This document shows positions 28,101 to 40,838 of a DNA stretch of 64,000 bases, in pieces. The DNA is from Eledone cirrhosa (lineage: Eukaryota). The first letter of the stretch is position 1. Each line of letters begins with the position of its first letter. The notes beneath the pieces were generated by a model, which worked only from the letters and a program-made list of their open reading frames with translations, did not search any database and was not told the DNA's origin. Location: positions 374,356,001 to 374,420,000 of the forward strand of contig OZ024742.1 in NCBI GenBank assembly GCA_964016885.1. Direction: 5' to 3'. A program made the position numbers and the translations under genes.

Positions 28101-31100
28101 TTTTACTAGTATTGTCTATCTCTCTCTCTCTCTTTTAACAGTATTGTCTCTCTCTCACTCTCTCTTTTACCAGTATTGTCTATCTATCTCTCTCTCTTTT
28201 GCCAGTATTGTCTATCTCTCACTCTCTCTTTTACCTGTATTGTCTCTCTCTCACTCTCTCTTTTACCAGAATTGTCTCTCTCTCACTCTCTCTTTTACCA
28301 GCATTGTCTCTCTCTCACTCTCTCTTTTACCAGTATTGTCCCTCTCTCACGCTCTATGTTACCAGTATTGTCTATCTCTCACGCTCTTTTACCAGTATTG
28401 TCTCTCTCTCACTCTCTCTTTTACCAGTATTGTCTATCTCTCACTCTCTCATTTACCAGTATTGTCTCTCCCTCACTCTCTCTCTTTTACCAGTATTGTC
28501 TCTCTCTCTCACTCTATCTCTTTTACCAGTAATTTCTCTCTCTCACTCTCTCTTTCACCAGTATTGTCTCTCTCTCACTCTTTTTTTACCAGTATTGTCT
28601 CTCACTCACTCTCTCTTTTACCAGTATTGTCTATCTCTCTCTCTCTCTTTTACCAGTATTGTCTCTCTCTCACTCTCTCTTTTACCAGAATTGTCTCTCT
28701 CTCACTCTCTCTTTTACTAGTATTGTCTATCTCTCACTCACTCTTTTCCCACTATTGTCTCTCTCTCACTCTCTCTTTTACCAGTATTGTCTCACTCTCA
28801 CTCTCTCTTTTACCAGTATCGTCTATCTCTCACTGTCTCTTTTACCACTATTATCTCTCTCTCACTCTCTCTTTTACCAGTATTGTCTCTCTCTCACTCT
28901 CTCTCTTTTACTAGTATTGTCTCTCTCTCACTCTCTCTATTTTACCAGTATTGTCTCTCTCTCACTATTTCTTTTACCAGAATTGTCTCTCTCTCACTCT
29001 CTCTTTTACCAGTATTGTCTATCTCTCACTCTCTCTTTTACCAGTATTGTCTCTCTCACACTCTTTCTGTTTTACCAGTATTGTCTATCTCTCACTCTCT
29101 CTTTTACCTGTATTGTCTCTCTCTCACTCTCTCTTTTACCAGTATTGTCTATCTCTCACTCTCTCTTTTACCAGTATTGTCTCTCTGTCACTCTCTCTCT
29201 TTTACCAGTATTGTCTATCTCTCACTCTCTCTCTTTTACCAGTATTGTCTATCTCTCACTCTCTCTCTTTTACCAGTATTGTCTCTCTCTCACTCTCTCT
29301 CTTCTACCAGTATTGTCTCTTTATCACTCTCTCTCTTACCTGTATTGTCTCTCTCTCACTCTCTCTTTTACCAGTATTGTCTATCTCTCTCTCTCTTTTT
29401 TACCAGTATTGTCTCTCTATCACTCTCTCTTTTACCAGTATTGTCTATCTATCTCTCTCTCTTTTACCAGTATTGTCTATCTCTCACTCTCTCTTTTACC
29501 TGTATTGTCTCTCTCTCACTCTCTCTTTTACCAGAATTGTCTCTCTCTCACTCTCTCTTTTACCAGTATTGTCTCTCTCTGACTCTCTCTTTTACCAGTA
29601 TTGTCTATCTCTCACTCACTCTTTTCCCACTATTGTCTCTCTCTCACTCTTTCTTTTACCAGTATTGTCTCACTCTCACTCTCTCTTTTACCAGTATCGT
29701 CTATCTCTCACTGTCTCTTTTACCACTATTATCTCTCTCTCACTCTCTCTTTTACCAGTATTGTCTCTCTCTCACTCTCTCTCTTTTACTAGTATTGTCT
29801 CTCTCTCACTCTCTCTACTTTACCAGTATTGTCTCTCTCTCACTCTCTCTTTTACCAGAATTGTCTCTCTCTCACTCTCTCTTTTACCAGTATCGTCTAT
29901 GTCTCACTCTCTCTTTTACCACTATTGTCTCTCTCTCACTCTCTCTTTTACCAGTATTGTCTCTCTCTCACTCTCTCTCTTTTACCAGTATTGTCTCTCG
30001 CTCACTCTCTCTTTCACCAGTATTGTCTCACTCTCACTCTTTCTTTTACCAGTATCGTCTATCTCTCACTGACTCTTTTACCACTATTATCTCTGTCTCA
30101 CTCTCTCTTTTACCAGTATTGTCTCTCTCTCACTATCCCTCTTTTACTAGTATTGTCTCTCTCTCACTCTCTCTCTTTTACCAGTATTGTCTCTATCTCA
30201 CTCTCTCTTTTACCAGTATTATATCTCTCTCAATCTCTCCTTTACCAGTATTTTCTCTCTCTCACTCTCTCTTTTACCTGTATTGTCTATCTCTCACTCT
30301 CGCTTTTACCAGTATTGTCTCTCTCTCACTCTCTCTCTTTTACCAGTATTGTCTATCTCTCACTCTCTCCTTTACCAGTATTGTCTCTCTGTCACTCTCT
30401 CTCTTTTACCAGTATTGTCTCTTTCTCACTCTCTCTCTTACCTGTATTGTCTCTCTCTCACTCTCTCTTTTACCAGTATTGTCTCTCTCTCACTCTCTCT
30501 TTTACCAGTATTGTCTCTCTCTCACTCCCTCCTTTACCAGTATTGTCTCTCTCTCACTCCCTATCTTTTACCAGTATTGTCTATCTCTATCTCTCTCTTT
30601 TACCAGTATTGTCTCTCTCTCACTCTCTCTCTTTTACCACTATTGTCTCTCTCTCTCCCTCTCTCTTTTACCAGTATTGTCTCTCTCTCATTCTCTCTTT
30701 TACCAGTATTGTCTCTCTCTCACTCTCACCTTTACTAGTATTATCTCCCTCTCACACTCTCTTTTACCAGTATTGTGTCTCTCTCACACTCTGTTACCAG
30801 TATTGTCTCTCTCTCACTCTCTCTTTCACCAGTATTGTCTCTCTCTCACTCTCTCTCTTTTACCAGTATTGTCTATCTCTCACGCTCTTTTACCAGTATT
30901 GTCTCTCTCTCACTCTCTCTCTCTTTTACCAGTATTGTCTCTCTCTCACTCTCTCTTTCACCAGTATTGTCTCTCACTCTCTCTCTTTTACCAGTATTGT
31001 CTATCTCTGACGCTCTTTTACCAGTATTGTCTCTCTCTCTCACCCTCTCTTTTTTACCAGTATTGTCTATCTCTCACTCTCTTTTACCAGTAATGTCTCT

Positions 31101-31680
31101 CTCTCACTCTCTCTTTCACCAGTATTGTCTCTCTCTCCTACTTTTTCTATTTTACCAGTATTGTCTATCTCTCACTCTCTCATTTACCAGTATTGTCTCT
31201 CCCTCACTCTCTCTCTTTTACCAGTATTGTCTCTCTCTCTCACTCTATCTCTTTTACCAGTAATTTCTCTCTCTCACTCTCTCTTTCACCAGTATTGTCT
31301 CTCTCTCAATCTTTTTTTACCAGTATTGTCTCTCACTCACTCTCTCTTTTACTAGTATTGTCTATCTCTCTCTCTCTCTTTTAACAGTATTGTCTCTCTC
31401 TCACTCTCTCTTTTACCAGTATTGTCTATCTATCTCTCTCTCTTTTGCCAGTATTGTCTATCTCTCACTCTCTCTTTTACCTGTATTGTCTCTCTCTCAC
31501 TCTCTCTTTTACCAGAATTGTCTCTCTCTCACTCTCTCTTTTACCAGCATTGTCTCTCTCTCACTCTCTCTTTTACCAGTATTGTCCCTCTCTCACGCTC
31601 TATGTTACCAGTATTGTCTATCTCTCACGCTCTTTTACCAGTATTGTCTCTCTCTCACTCTCTCTTTTACCAGTATTGTC
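25150..31680. repeat. Higher-order tandem duplication in SatA, period ~3244-3246 bp (2 copies)
   Basis: Matching ORF pairs at 25415/28659, 25707/28951, 26357/29601, 26943/30187, 27879/31125 and 28144/31390. Boundaries approximate. Confidence 0.92.
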
Positions 31681-34600
31681 TCTCTCTCTCACTCTCTTTC
31701 TTTTACCAGTATTGTCTCTCTCTCACTCTTTCTGTTTTATCAGTATTGTCTATCTCTCACTCTCTTTTACCAGTATTGTCTCTCTCTCACTCTCTCTTTT
31801 ACCAGTATTGTCTCTCTCTCACTCTTTCCTTTACCAGTATTGTCTCTCTCTCACTCCCTATCTTTTACCAGTATTGTCTATCTCTATCTCTCTCTTTTAC
31901 CAGTATTGTCTCTCTCTCACTCTCTCTCTTTTACCAGTATTGTCTCTCTCTCTCCCTCTCTCTTTTACCAGTATTGTCTCTCTCTCACTCTCTCTTTCAC
32001 CAGTATTGTCTCTCTCTCAGTCTCTCTCTTTTACCAGTATTGTCTCTCACTCACTCTCTCTTTTACTAGTATTGTCTATCTCTCTCTCTCTCTTTTAACA
32101 GTATTGTCTCTCTCTCACTCTCTCTTTTACCAGTATTGTCTATCTATCTCTCTCTCTTTTGCCAGTATTGTCTATCTCTCACTCTCTCTTTTACCTGTAT
32201 TGTCTCTCTCTCACTCTCTCTTTTACCAGTATTGTCTCTCTCTAGCACTTTTTCACTTTTACCAGTATTGTCTATCTCTCACTCTCTCATTTACCAGTAT
32301 TGTCTCTCCCTCACTCTCTCTCGTTTAACAGTATTGTCTCTGTCTCTCACTCTATCTCTTTTACCAGTAATTTCTCTCTCTCACTCTCTCTTTTACCAGT
32401 ATTGTCTCTCTCTCACTCTTTTTTTACCAGTATTGTCTCTAACTCACTCTCTCTTTTACCAGTATTGTCTATCTCTCTCTCTCTTTTTTACCAGTATTGT
32501 CTCTCTCTCACTCTCTCTTTTACCAGTATTGTCTATCTATCTCTCTCTCTTTTAGCAGTATTGTCTATCTCTCACTCTCTCTTTTACCTGTATTGTCTCT
32601 CTCTCACTCTCTCTTTTACCAGAATTGTCTCTCTCTCACTCTCTCTTTTACCAGCATTGTCTCTCTCTCACTCTCTCTTTTACCAGTATTGTCTATCTCT
32701 CACTCACTCTTTTCCCACTATTGTCTCTCTCTCACTCTTTCTTTTACCAGTATTGTCTCACTCTCACTCTCTCTTTTACCAGTATCGTCTATCTCTCACT
32801 GTCTCTTTTACCACTATTATCTCTCTCTCACTCTCTATTTTACCAGTATTGTCTCTCTCTCACTCTCTCTCTTTTACTAGTATTGTCTCTCTCTCACTCT
32901 CTCTATTTTACCAGTATTGTCTCTCTCTCACTCTCTCTTTTACCAGAATTGTCTCTCTCTCACTCTCTCTTTTACCAGTATTGTCTATCTCTCACTCTCT
33001 CTTTTACCAGTATTGTCTCTCTCTCACTCTTTCTGTTTTACCAGTATTGTCTATCTCTCACTCTCTCTTTTACCAGTATTGTCTCTCTCTCACTCTCTCT
33101 CTTTTACCAGTATTGTCTATCTCTCACTCTCTCTTTCTTTTACCAGTATTGTCTATCTCTCACTCTCTCTTTTACCAGTATTGTCTCTCTCTCACTCTCT
33201 CTCTTCTACCAGTATTGTCTCTTTCTCACTCTTTTTTTTACCTGTATTGTCTCTCTCTCACTCTCTCTTTCACCAGTATTGTCTCTCTCACTCTCTCTCT
33301 TTTACCAGTATTGTCTATCTCTCACTCTCTCTCTCTTTTACCAGTATTGTCTCTCTCTCAGTCTCTCTTTTACCAGTATTGTCTCTCTCTCACTCTCTCC
33401 TTTACCAGTAGTGTCTCTCTCTCACTCTCTCTCTTTTACCAGTATTGTCTCCCTCTCACTCTCTCTTTCTCCAGTATTGTCTCTCTCTCACTCTCTCTCT
33501 TTTACCAGTATTGTCTATCTCTCACTCTCTCTTTCTTTTACCAGTATTGTCTATCTCTCACTCTCTCTTTTACCAGTATTGTCTCTGTCTCACTCTCTCT
33601 CTTCTACCACTATTGTCTCTTTCTCACTCTCTCTTTTACCTGTATTGTCTCTCTCTCACTCTCTCTTTTACCAGTATTGTCTCTCTCTCACTCTCTCTTT
33701 CACCAGTATTGACTCTCTCTCATTCTTTTTACCAGTATTGTCTCTCTCTCACTCTCTCTTTTACCAGTATTGTCTCTCTCTCACTCTCTCTTTTACCAGT
33801 ATTGTCTCTCTCTCACTCTCTCTTTTACCAGTATTTTCTCTCTCTCACTCTCTATTTTACCAGTATTGTCTTTCTCTCACTCTCTCTTTTACCACTATTG
33901 TCTATCTCTCACTCTCTCTTTTACCAGTATTGTCTCTCTCTCACTCTCTCTTTTACCACTATTGTCTATCTCTCACTCCCTCTTTTACTAGTATTGTCTA
34001 TCTCTCACTCTCTCTTTTACCAGTATTGTCTCTGTCTCACTCACTCTCTTTTACCAGTATTGTCTCTGTCTCACTCTCTCTCTTTTACCAGTATTGTCTA
34101 TCTCTCACTCTCTCTTTTACCAGTATTGTCTCTCTCTCACTCTCTTTTACCAGTATTGTGTCTCTCTCACTCTCTCTTTTACCTGTATTGTCTCTCTCTC
34201 ACTCTCTCTTTTACCAGTATTGTCTCTCTCTCACTCTTTCTTTTACCAGTATTGACTATCTCTCACTCTCTCTTTTACCACTATTGTCTCTCTCTCACTC
34301 TATCTTTTACCAGTATTGTCTCTCTCTCACACTCTCTTTTACCAGTATCGTCTATCTCTCACTCTCTCTTTTACCAGTATTGTCTCTCTCTCACTCTCTC
34401 TTTTACCAGTATTGTCTATCTATCTCTCTCTCTTTTACCAGTATTGTCTATCTCTCACTCTCTCTTTTACCTGTATTGTCTCTCTCTCACTCTCTCTTTT
34501 ACCAGTATTACCTCTCTCTCACTCTCTCTTTTACCAGTATTGTCTCTCTCTCACTCTCTCTTTTACCAGTATTGTCTATCTCTCACTCTCTCTTTTCCTA

Positions 34601-37370
34601 CTATTTATCTCTCTCACTCTCTCTTTTACCAGTATCGTCTATCTCTCACTGTCTCTTTTACCACTATTATCTCTCTCTCACTCTCTCTTTTACCAGTATT
34701 GTCTCTCTCTCACTCTCTCTCTTTTACCAGTATTGTCTCTCTCTCACTCTCTCTCTTTTACCAGTATTGTCTCTCTCTCACTCTTTCTTTTACCAGTAAT
34801 GTCTCTCTCTCACTCTCTCTTATACCATTATTGTCTATCTCTAACTCTCTCTTTTACCAGTATTGTCTCTCTCTCACTCTCTCTTTTACCAGTATTGTCT
34901 CTCTCTCACTCTCTCTCTTTTACCAGTATTGTCTGTCTCTCACTCTCTCTGTTTTACCAATATTGTCTCTCTCACTCTCTCTGTTTTACCAATATTGTCT
35001 CTCTCTTACCAGTATTGTCTCTCTCTCACTCTCTCCTTTACCAGTATTATCTCTCTCTCACTCTCTTTTTTACCAGTATTGTCTCTCTCTCACTCTCTCT
35101 TTTACCAGTATTGTCTCTCTCTCACTCTCTCTCTTTTACCAGTATTGTCTCTCGCTCACTCTCTCTTTCACCAGTATTGTCTCTCTCTCACTCTCTCTCT
35201 TTTACCAGTATTGTCTATCTCTCACTCTCTCCTTTACCAGTATTGTCTCTCTCTCACTCTCTCTCTTTTACCAGTATTGTCTATCTCTCACTCTCTCTTT
35301 TACCAGTATTGTCTATCTCTCACTCTCTCTTTTACCACTATTATCTCTCTCTCACTCTCTCTTTTACCAGCATTGTCTCTCTCTCACTCTCTCTCTTTTA
35401 CTAGTATTGTCTCTCTCTCACTCTCTCTATTTTACCAGTATTGTCTCTCTCTCACTCTCTCTTTTACCAATATTGTCTCTCTCTCACTCTCTCTTTTACC
35501 AGTATTGTCTCTCTCTCTCTCTCCCTCTCTTTTACCAGTATTGTCTCTCTCTCACTCTTTCTGTTTTACCAGTATTGTCTATCTCTCACTCTCTCTTTTA
35601 CCAGTATTGTCTCTCTCTCACTCTCTCTCTTTCACCAGTATTGTCTCTCTCTCACTCTCTCTTTTACCAGTATTGTCTCTCTCCTTTTCCAACATTGTCT
35701 CTCTGTCACTCTGTCTCTTTTACCAGTATTGTCTCTCTGTCACTCTGTCTCTTTTACCATATTGTCTCTCTCTCACTCTCTCTTTTACCAGTATTGTCTC
35801 TCTCTCTCACTCTCTCTTTTACCAGTATTGTCTCTCTCTCACTCTCTCCTTTACCAGTATTATCTCTCTCTCAATCTCTCCTTTACCAGTATTGTCTCTC
35901 TCTCACTCTCTCTTTTACCTGTATTGTCTATCTTTCACTCTCTCTTTTACCAGTATTGTCTCTCTCTCACTCTCTCTCTGTTACCTGTATTGTCTATCTC
36001 TCACTCTCTCTCTTCTACCTGTATTGTCTCTCTCTCACTCTCGCTTTTACCAGTATTGTCTCTCTCTCACTCTCTCCTTTACCAGTATTGTCTCTCTCTC
36101 ACTCTCTCTCCTTTACCAGTATTGTCTCTCTCTCACTCTCTCCTTTCTCAGTATTGTCTATCTCTCTCTCTCTCTCTTTTACCAGTATTGTCTCTCTCTC
36201 ACTCTCTCTCCTTTACCAGTATTGTCTATCTCTCTCTCCTTTCCCAGTATTGTCTCTCGCTCACTCTCTCTTTCACCAGTATTGTCTCTCTCTCACTCTC
36301 TCTCCTTTACCAGTATTGTCTCTCTCTCACTCTCTCTCCTTTACCAGTATTGTCTCTCTCTCACTCTCTCTCTTTTTCCTGTATTGTCTCTCTCTCACTC
36401 TCTCTTTCACCAGTATTGTCTCTCTCTCACTCTCTCTCCTTTCCCAGTATTGTCTCTCGCTCACTCTCTCTTTCACCAGTATTGTCTCTCTCTCACTCTC
36501 TCTCCTTTACCAGTATTGTCTCTCTCACACTCTCTCCTTTACCAGTATTGTCTCTCTCTCACTCTCTCTCCTTTACCAGTATTGTCTCTCTCTCACTCTC
36601 TCCTTTCCCAGTATTGTCTATCTCTCTCTCTCTCTCTTTTACCAGTATTGTCTCTCTCTCACTCTCTCTCCTTTACCAGTATTGTCTATCTCTCTCTCTC
36701 TCTTACCTGTATTGTCTCTCTCTCACTCTCTCTTTTACCAGTATTGTCTCTCTCTCACTCTCTCTCCTTTACCAGTATTGTCTATCTCTCTCTCCTTTCC
36801 CAGTATTGTCTCTCGCTCACTCTCTCTTTCACCAGTATTGTCTCTCTCTCACTCTCTCTCCTTTACCAGTATTGTCTATCTCTATCTCCCACTCTCTTTT
36901 ACCAGTATTGTCTCTCTCTCACTCTCTCCTTTCCCAGTATTGTCTATCTCTATCTCCCACTCTCTTTTACCAGTATTGTCTATCTCTCTCTCCTTTCCCA
37001 GTTTTGTCTCTCTCTCACTCTCTCCTTTACCAGTATTGTCTCTCTCTCACTCTCTCCTTTCCCAGTATTGTCTATCTCTATCTCCCACTCTCTTTTACCA
37101 GTATTTTCGTTCTCTAAAAGCTTTGACTACCTCTCCCTCTCTCATCGGTGTTGTTTATTCCCTCCCTCCCGCCTTCCCTTCTTTTGTTTACCTCTTCCTC
37201 TATCTCTTAAAGGCTATTTGCTCCTACCCTTTCATCTACATTTACCGTAACATTAGCTGAATGAGCATTACATACGAATAAATAAATTTTGTTTCTGAAG
37301 ATTCAATATATATCCCCCCCCCCCCTCCGCCACTCTTACGAAAAACACACCCGTTATATATACATATATA

Positions 37371-37465
37371 TATATAGAATTCACAAGAATCAAAGCTATG
37401 TTCAAAGCATTTATTCACTGAATAAATGCTTTGAACATAGCTTTGATTCTTGTGAATTCTATATA
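37371..37465. repeat. Perfect inverted repeat (palindrome): 47-bp arms, 1-nt spacer
   Basis: TATATAGAATTCACAAGAATCAAAGCTATGTTCAAAGCATTTATTCA (37371-37417), then C (37418), then its exact reverse complement (37419-37465). Confidence 0.98.
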
Positions 37466-38678
37466 ACTGCTCCGTAGAACAACTGATGTTCTTACATTGA
37501 GCTATTTATCTTACTGGTAATAAGGTAGTAATAAATTACTGACCTTCCCTGTTTATAGTTTAAAATATACATAACTATAAATAGTATCCTTAATATTATT
37601 ATATATATAAAATACGAATGTTTTTTTTTTCGAAGAGGAACCGGGGAAAAGGCCATAGTTAGATAAGAAACCCGGTACACATTAGTAGATAAGGTACAAA
37701 TTTAATTAACATAGAAATAAATATTATATATATATATATATATACTTGTTTAATGATCCTGTGATAAACAGGCGAAAACAAGACTCACTATTTACTCTTA
37801 ATAAATGAATATATATATATATAAATGAAAGTATAGAAATTATTGTGAGCGTGACAGCCAACAATATTTCATAATATATATAAGTCAAATATAAGACTAT
37901 AACGTCAAAATGGAAAATAATTCAAACTCAATTAAAAAAATATATATATATATAAACATAGCTTGGAAAATATTACAAATTCCGACCGAAGAACAATGGA
38001 TTATGAAGAAATTTCAATAAAATTTCCTTTTCACATTGTGAAAGCAAGGGAGATAACTTCCATTTAAACGGTAAAACCCGATACGGTGCTGGTTGCGAGG
38101 CGAAAAATGGTCCAGCCGGCTGCATTCCTAAAATTTATACACTGACTCCATATTAATATTGAGTAGTATACTATATTGTATATAGCTATAAATAAAAATT
38201 GCCGTAATACCATCTCCATGATCATTTCCCTAACACAAATAATACTATATATTTGTAGAAAAAGTAAGACTTTTTTTTTTACGATGGATGCCTGTAATGC
38301 TATGTGAAATAACGAGCCTTGTCAATGAACTCTAAAATAATATATATATATAGTCACTTATATATTATGAAATACTGTTGGCTTCTTGCTCACATTAATT
38401 TCTCTATTTTCATTTATATATATATAGAAAGAGAGAGGGGGGATAGGTAAATATATAGTAGAATGTGTTTAAAATACCATAGCATTTAAAACACTGAAAC
38501 GTTTACTGTTTGAGCACTCAATACCGGTGGGTTGAGTGTAGAAATTTATTTTTTATGTATTTGTTTAACGAGATTTTTTAATGTGAAATCGTGCGTATAA
38601 TAATTTCTAAATTAAACACAAAGCCAACAACTTTTTATAATATATATATATAATACACATATATATATATATACATAC

Positions 38679-38681
<3 letters not shown>

Positions 38682-38736
<55 letters not shown>
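38682..38736. repeat. (TA)n microsatellite, ~27 units
   Basis: Uninterrupted TA run. Shorter (TA)n/(TG)n runs occur near 37725, 39290, 39755 and 40178. Confidence 0.97.
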
Positions 38737-38737
<1 letters not shown>

Positions 38738-39281
38738 CTTAAGTATATGTATGTAGGGTCAGACGATAGAACAGCAGCAAATCGACCAACGGCTTTTATT
38801 CTCCTCGGTGTAAGCACTTGCCATGAGAGAAGGTGAAAGCAAATTAAGCGCGCTGTTTTATAATCTCTATCATTCACTGCTGTATTAAAGAACTTTACGG
38901 CACGTTGTTGTGTCTCACATTCATACATACATACACATATATATATACACACATAAATATATACACACATATATGTATATCTAAAAGCACGCTGGTTCAC
39001 ACTTGCTGTCTATTATATACCACTCTTCCTCATTTGCTGTTAAAGCACCAAGCTAGAGAGGACGGCTGTTCATTCTACACGTTCTTTGTCTCTTTTTTTT
39101 CCTCCATATTACAGACTAAAATAGAAATTTATAGAAAATGACAATGAAACGGGGTAAAGGACAAAAAAAAAAAAATTCTCAAGAAAAATCTTCACCACAA
39201 AAAACCAACGAAATGACAGCTGCACTGGTAAATATTTTGACCTTATCTATCCATCTTTATCTCAATGCATGTATGTATGTA

Positions 39282-39315
<34 letters not shown>

Positions 39316-39349
39316 CAGATCCTTGTGTGTGTGTGTGTGTTTACATGTA

Positions 39350-39742
39350 TATTAATATATGTATATAAAATAAATATCTATTTGCATTTATATGCGAATA
39401 TTATATTTAATATATTTGTTTTAAATTACCATACTTATTATATAATATTTATATTATATTCGTTTTAAATTACTATTTTATTTATATTATAGTATATATA
39501 TTAATATATTGTAATATATTAATATATCGTAATATATTTATATATTTATAATACATTTAATATATCAATATAACATATATTAATGTTTCTTCTTTATATT
39601 AATGTATTTATATTAGTACATAGCTTATATAAAGTGAATGTATTCCTCTTACATTAACATTAATACATCTATAGTATTTTAATGGGAATTACATCTATTA
39701 ATGTATGTGTATGATATACTATATTAATTTTATACAATATGC

Positions 39743-39775
<33 letters not shown>

Positions 39776-39850
39776 TTTTCTCCATATATTTAAGATTTAT
39801 TTATTTCATGTTTGTGCTTATAGTATATATTATAAATAATGCTTATATAT
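39350..39850. repeat. Extremely AT-rich low-complexity tract
   Basis: Almost only A/T, built of degenerate TATATT/AATAT words, with very few G/C. Confidence 0.85.
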
Positions 39851-40100
39851 CTGGAGGTGGGTACTCCCGCATCATAGGTAGGATAAGGACCGATCGAAGA
39901 AATTTAGAGAGTTACTACCCGTGTTTAAAACAAAAGGTCGGATGTATGCCTGTGTGTGATGTGCATGGTAGTGAAATATGGGCAGTGAAGACTGGAGAGA
40001 AATGAAGCGAGCATGCTTTAATGGATGTGCAATGCGCTGGTATGGACCTGTGATGCACATGGATGATGATCGGTGGATGAAAAAATACCAATATATTGTG
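39851..40100 (+). mobile_element. Degenerate RTE-clade LINE fragment, C-terminal part of ORF (post-RT region)
   Basis: Manual translation across frameshifts gives IGRIR..FRELLP, HGSEIWAVKT, RNEASML*WMCN and RWYGPVMHMDDDRWMKK. These match the RTE C-terminal motif series (ARIR.GW.KFRELLP, HGSETW, E..MLRWMC, RLRWYGHV.RM) in order, with internal deletions and a stop. Confidence 0.85.
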
Positions 40101-40174
40101 CGTGTGTAAGTATGTATGTGTGTGTGTGTACAACCGGTACTGGCATTGATAAATATGCTGGGTCCGTCAACCCT

Positions 40175-40209
<35 letters not shown>

Positions 40210-40639
40210 CTGCACAGGAAAAAAAACCCCCGAAATGCGTGGTGCAAATGAACAAAAGCATTCTCATCAACTTCTCATCGGCCACTTCTGGGCAATACAA
40301 TTTCGTGCACCAGGAAGGTATTACATAATATTGAACACAAGTTGTACGATGTCCTTGTAGAAGCTACCGGGGAGATGTATATGAGACAACGCAACAATAC
40401 ATATATATGTTTGTAGCTACTTAATGGGTTACTTATCCGTAAGAGTTGTGTTGCAACGTCTCGTTGATAAATAGGTGTAAACAGGTAAGAGCACTCCATG
40501 TCTGATGAATATATCCAGAGTTATGATGGCGATCATACACATCAGTGTTTCTTTGTGTGAATTAGCATTAAGGCAGATATTACAAAATTATATTTATTGT
40601 ATAATACGTATTTCAGTGACACCAGTTTACAGCCATCTG

Positions 40640-40720
40640 CTCTGGGTCGGCTCGTATCTGGACAACTCGTCTAACTTATGCTAGTATGGAAAATGGACCT
40701 TAAACAGTGATGATGAGGAT
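40640..40720 (+). mobile_element. RTE-type 3' tail / SINE tail ending in (GAT)n
   Basis: CGTCTAACTTATGCTAGTATGGAAAATGGACCTTAAACAGTGATGATGAGGAT resembles the recalled tail CGTCCAACCCATGCYAGCATGGAAAACGGACGTTAAACGATGATGAT of cephalopod RTE LINEs and their partner SINEs. Recognised from memory, not searched. Confidence 0.6.
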
Positions 40721-40838
40721 TATATATATAAATATAACCTCTCTAGTGTTGTTGATCTACACAATAAATGCACCCGGTACATGCTACATACATAGTGTGT
40801 GTGTATGTATATATATACACACGCACACCACACATAGT

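Larger units (their letters stand above)
1..37107. repeat. Satellite A: ~32-bp (mostly 30-36 bp) CT-rich tandem repeat, roughly 1100+ monomers, continuing off the left edge
   Basis: Continuous head-to-tail copies of TTTTACCAGTATTG(TC)5A(CT)3C. Length changes occur in 2-bp steps within the (CT)n tracts. Last recognisable core is TTTTACCAGTATTTTC at ~37093-37108. Confidence 0.99.

Noticed and set aside
23-37260. Dozens of long Ser/Leu-rich ORFs (up to 2276 aa) on the + strand
   Set aside because: The SatA consensus has no TAA/TAG/TGA on the + strand, so all three frames are open. Monomer length is not a multiple of 3 and varies by 2 bp, and starts are mostly TTG. These are satellite artefacts, not genes.
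37745-37782. Hammerhead-ribozyme-like hairpin (TTAATGA-TCCTGT..ACAGGC-GAAA)
   Set aside because: The core deviates from CTGANGA at two catalytic positions, and no stem III or cleavage triplet can be built. At most it is a decayed relic.
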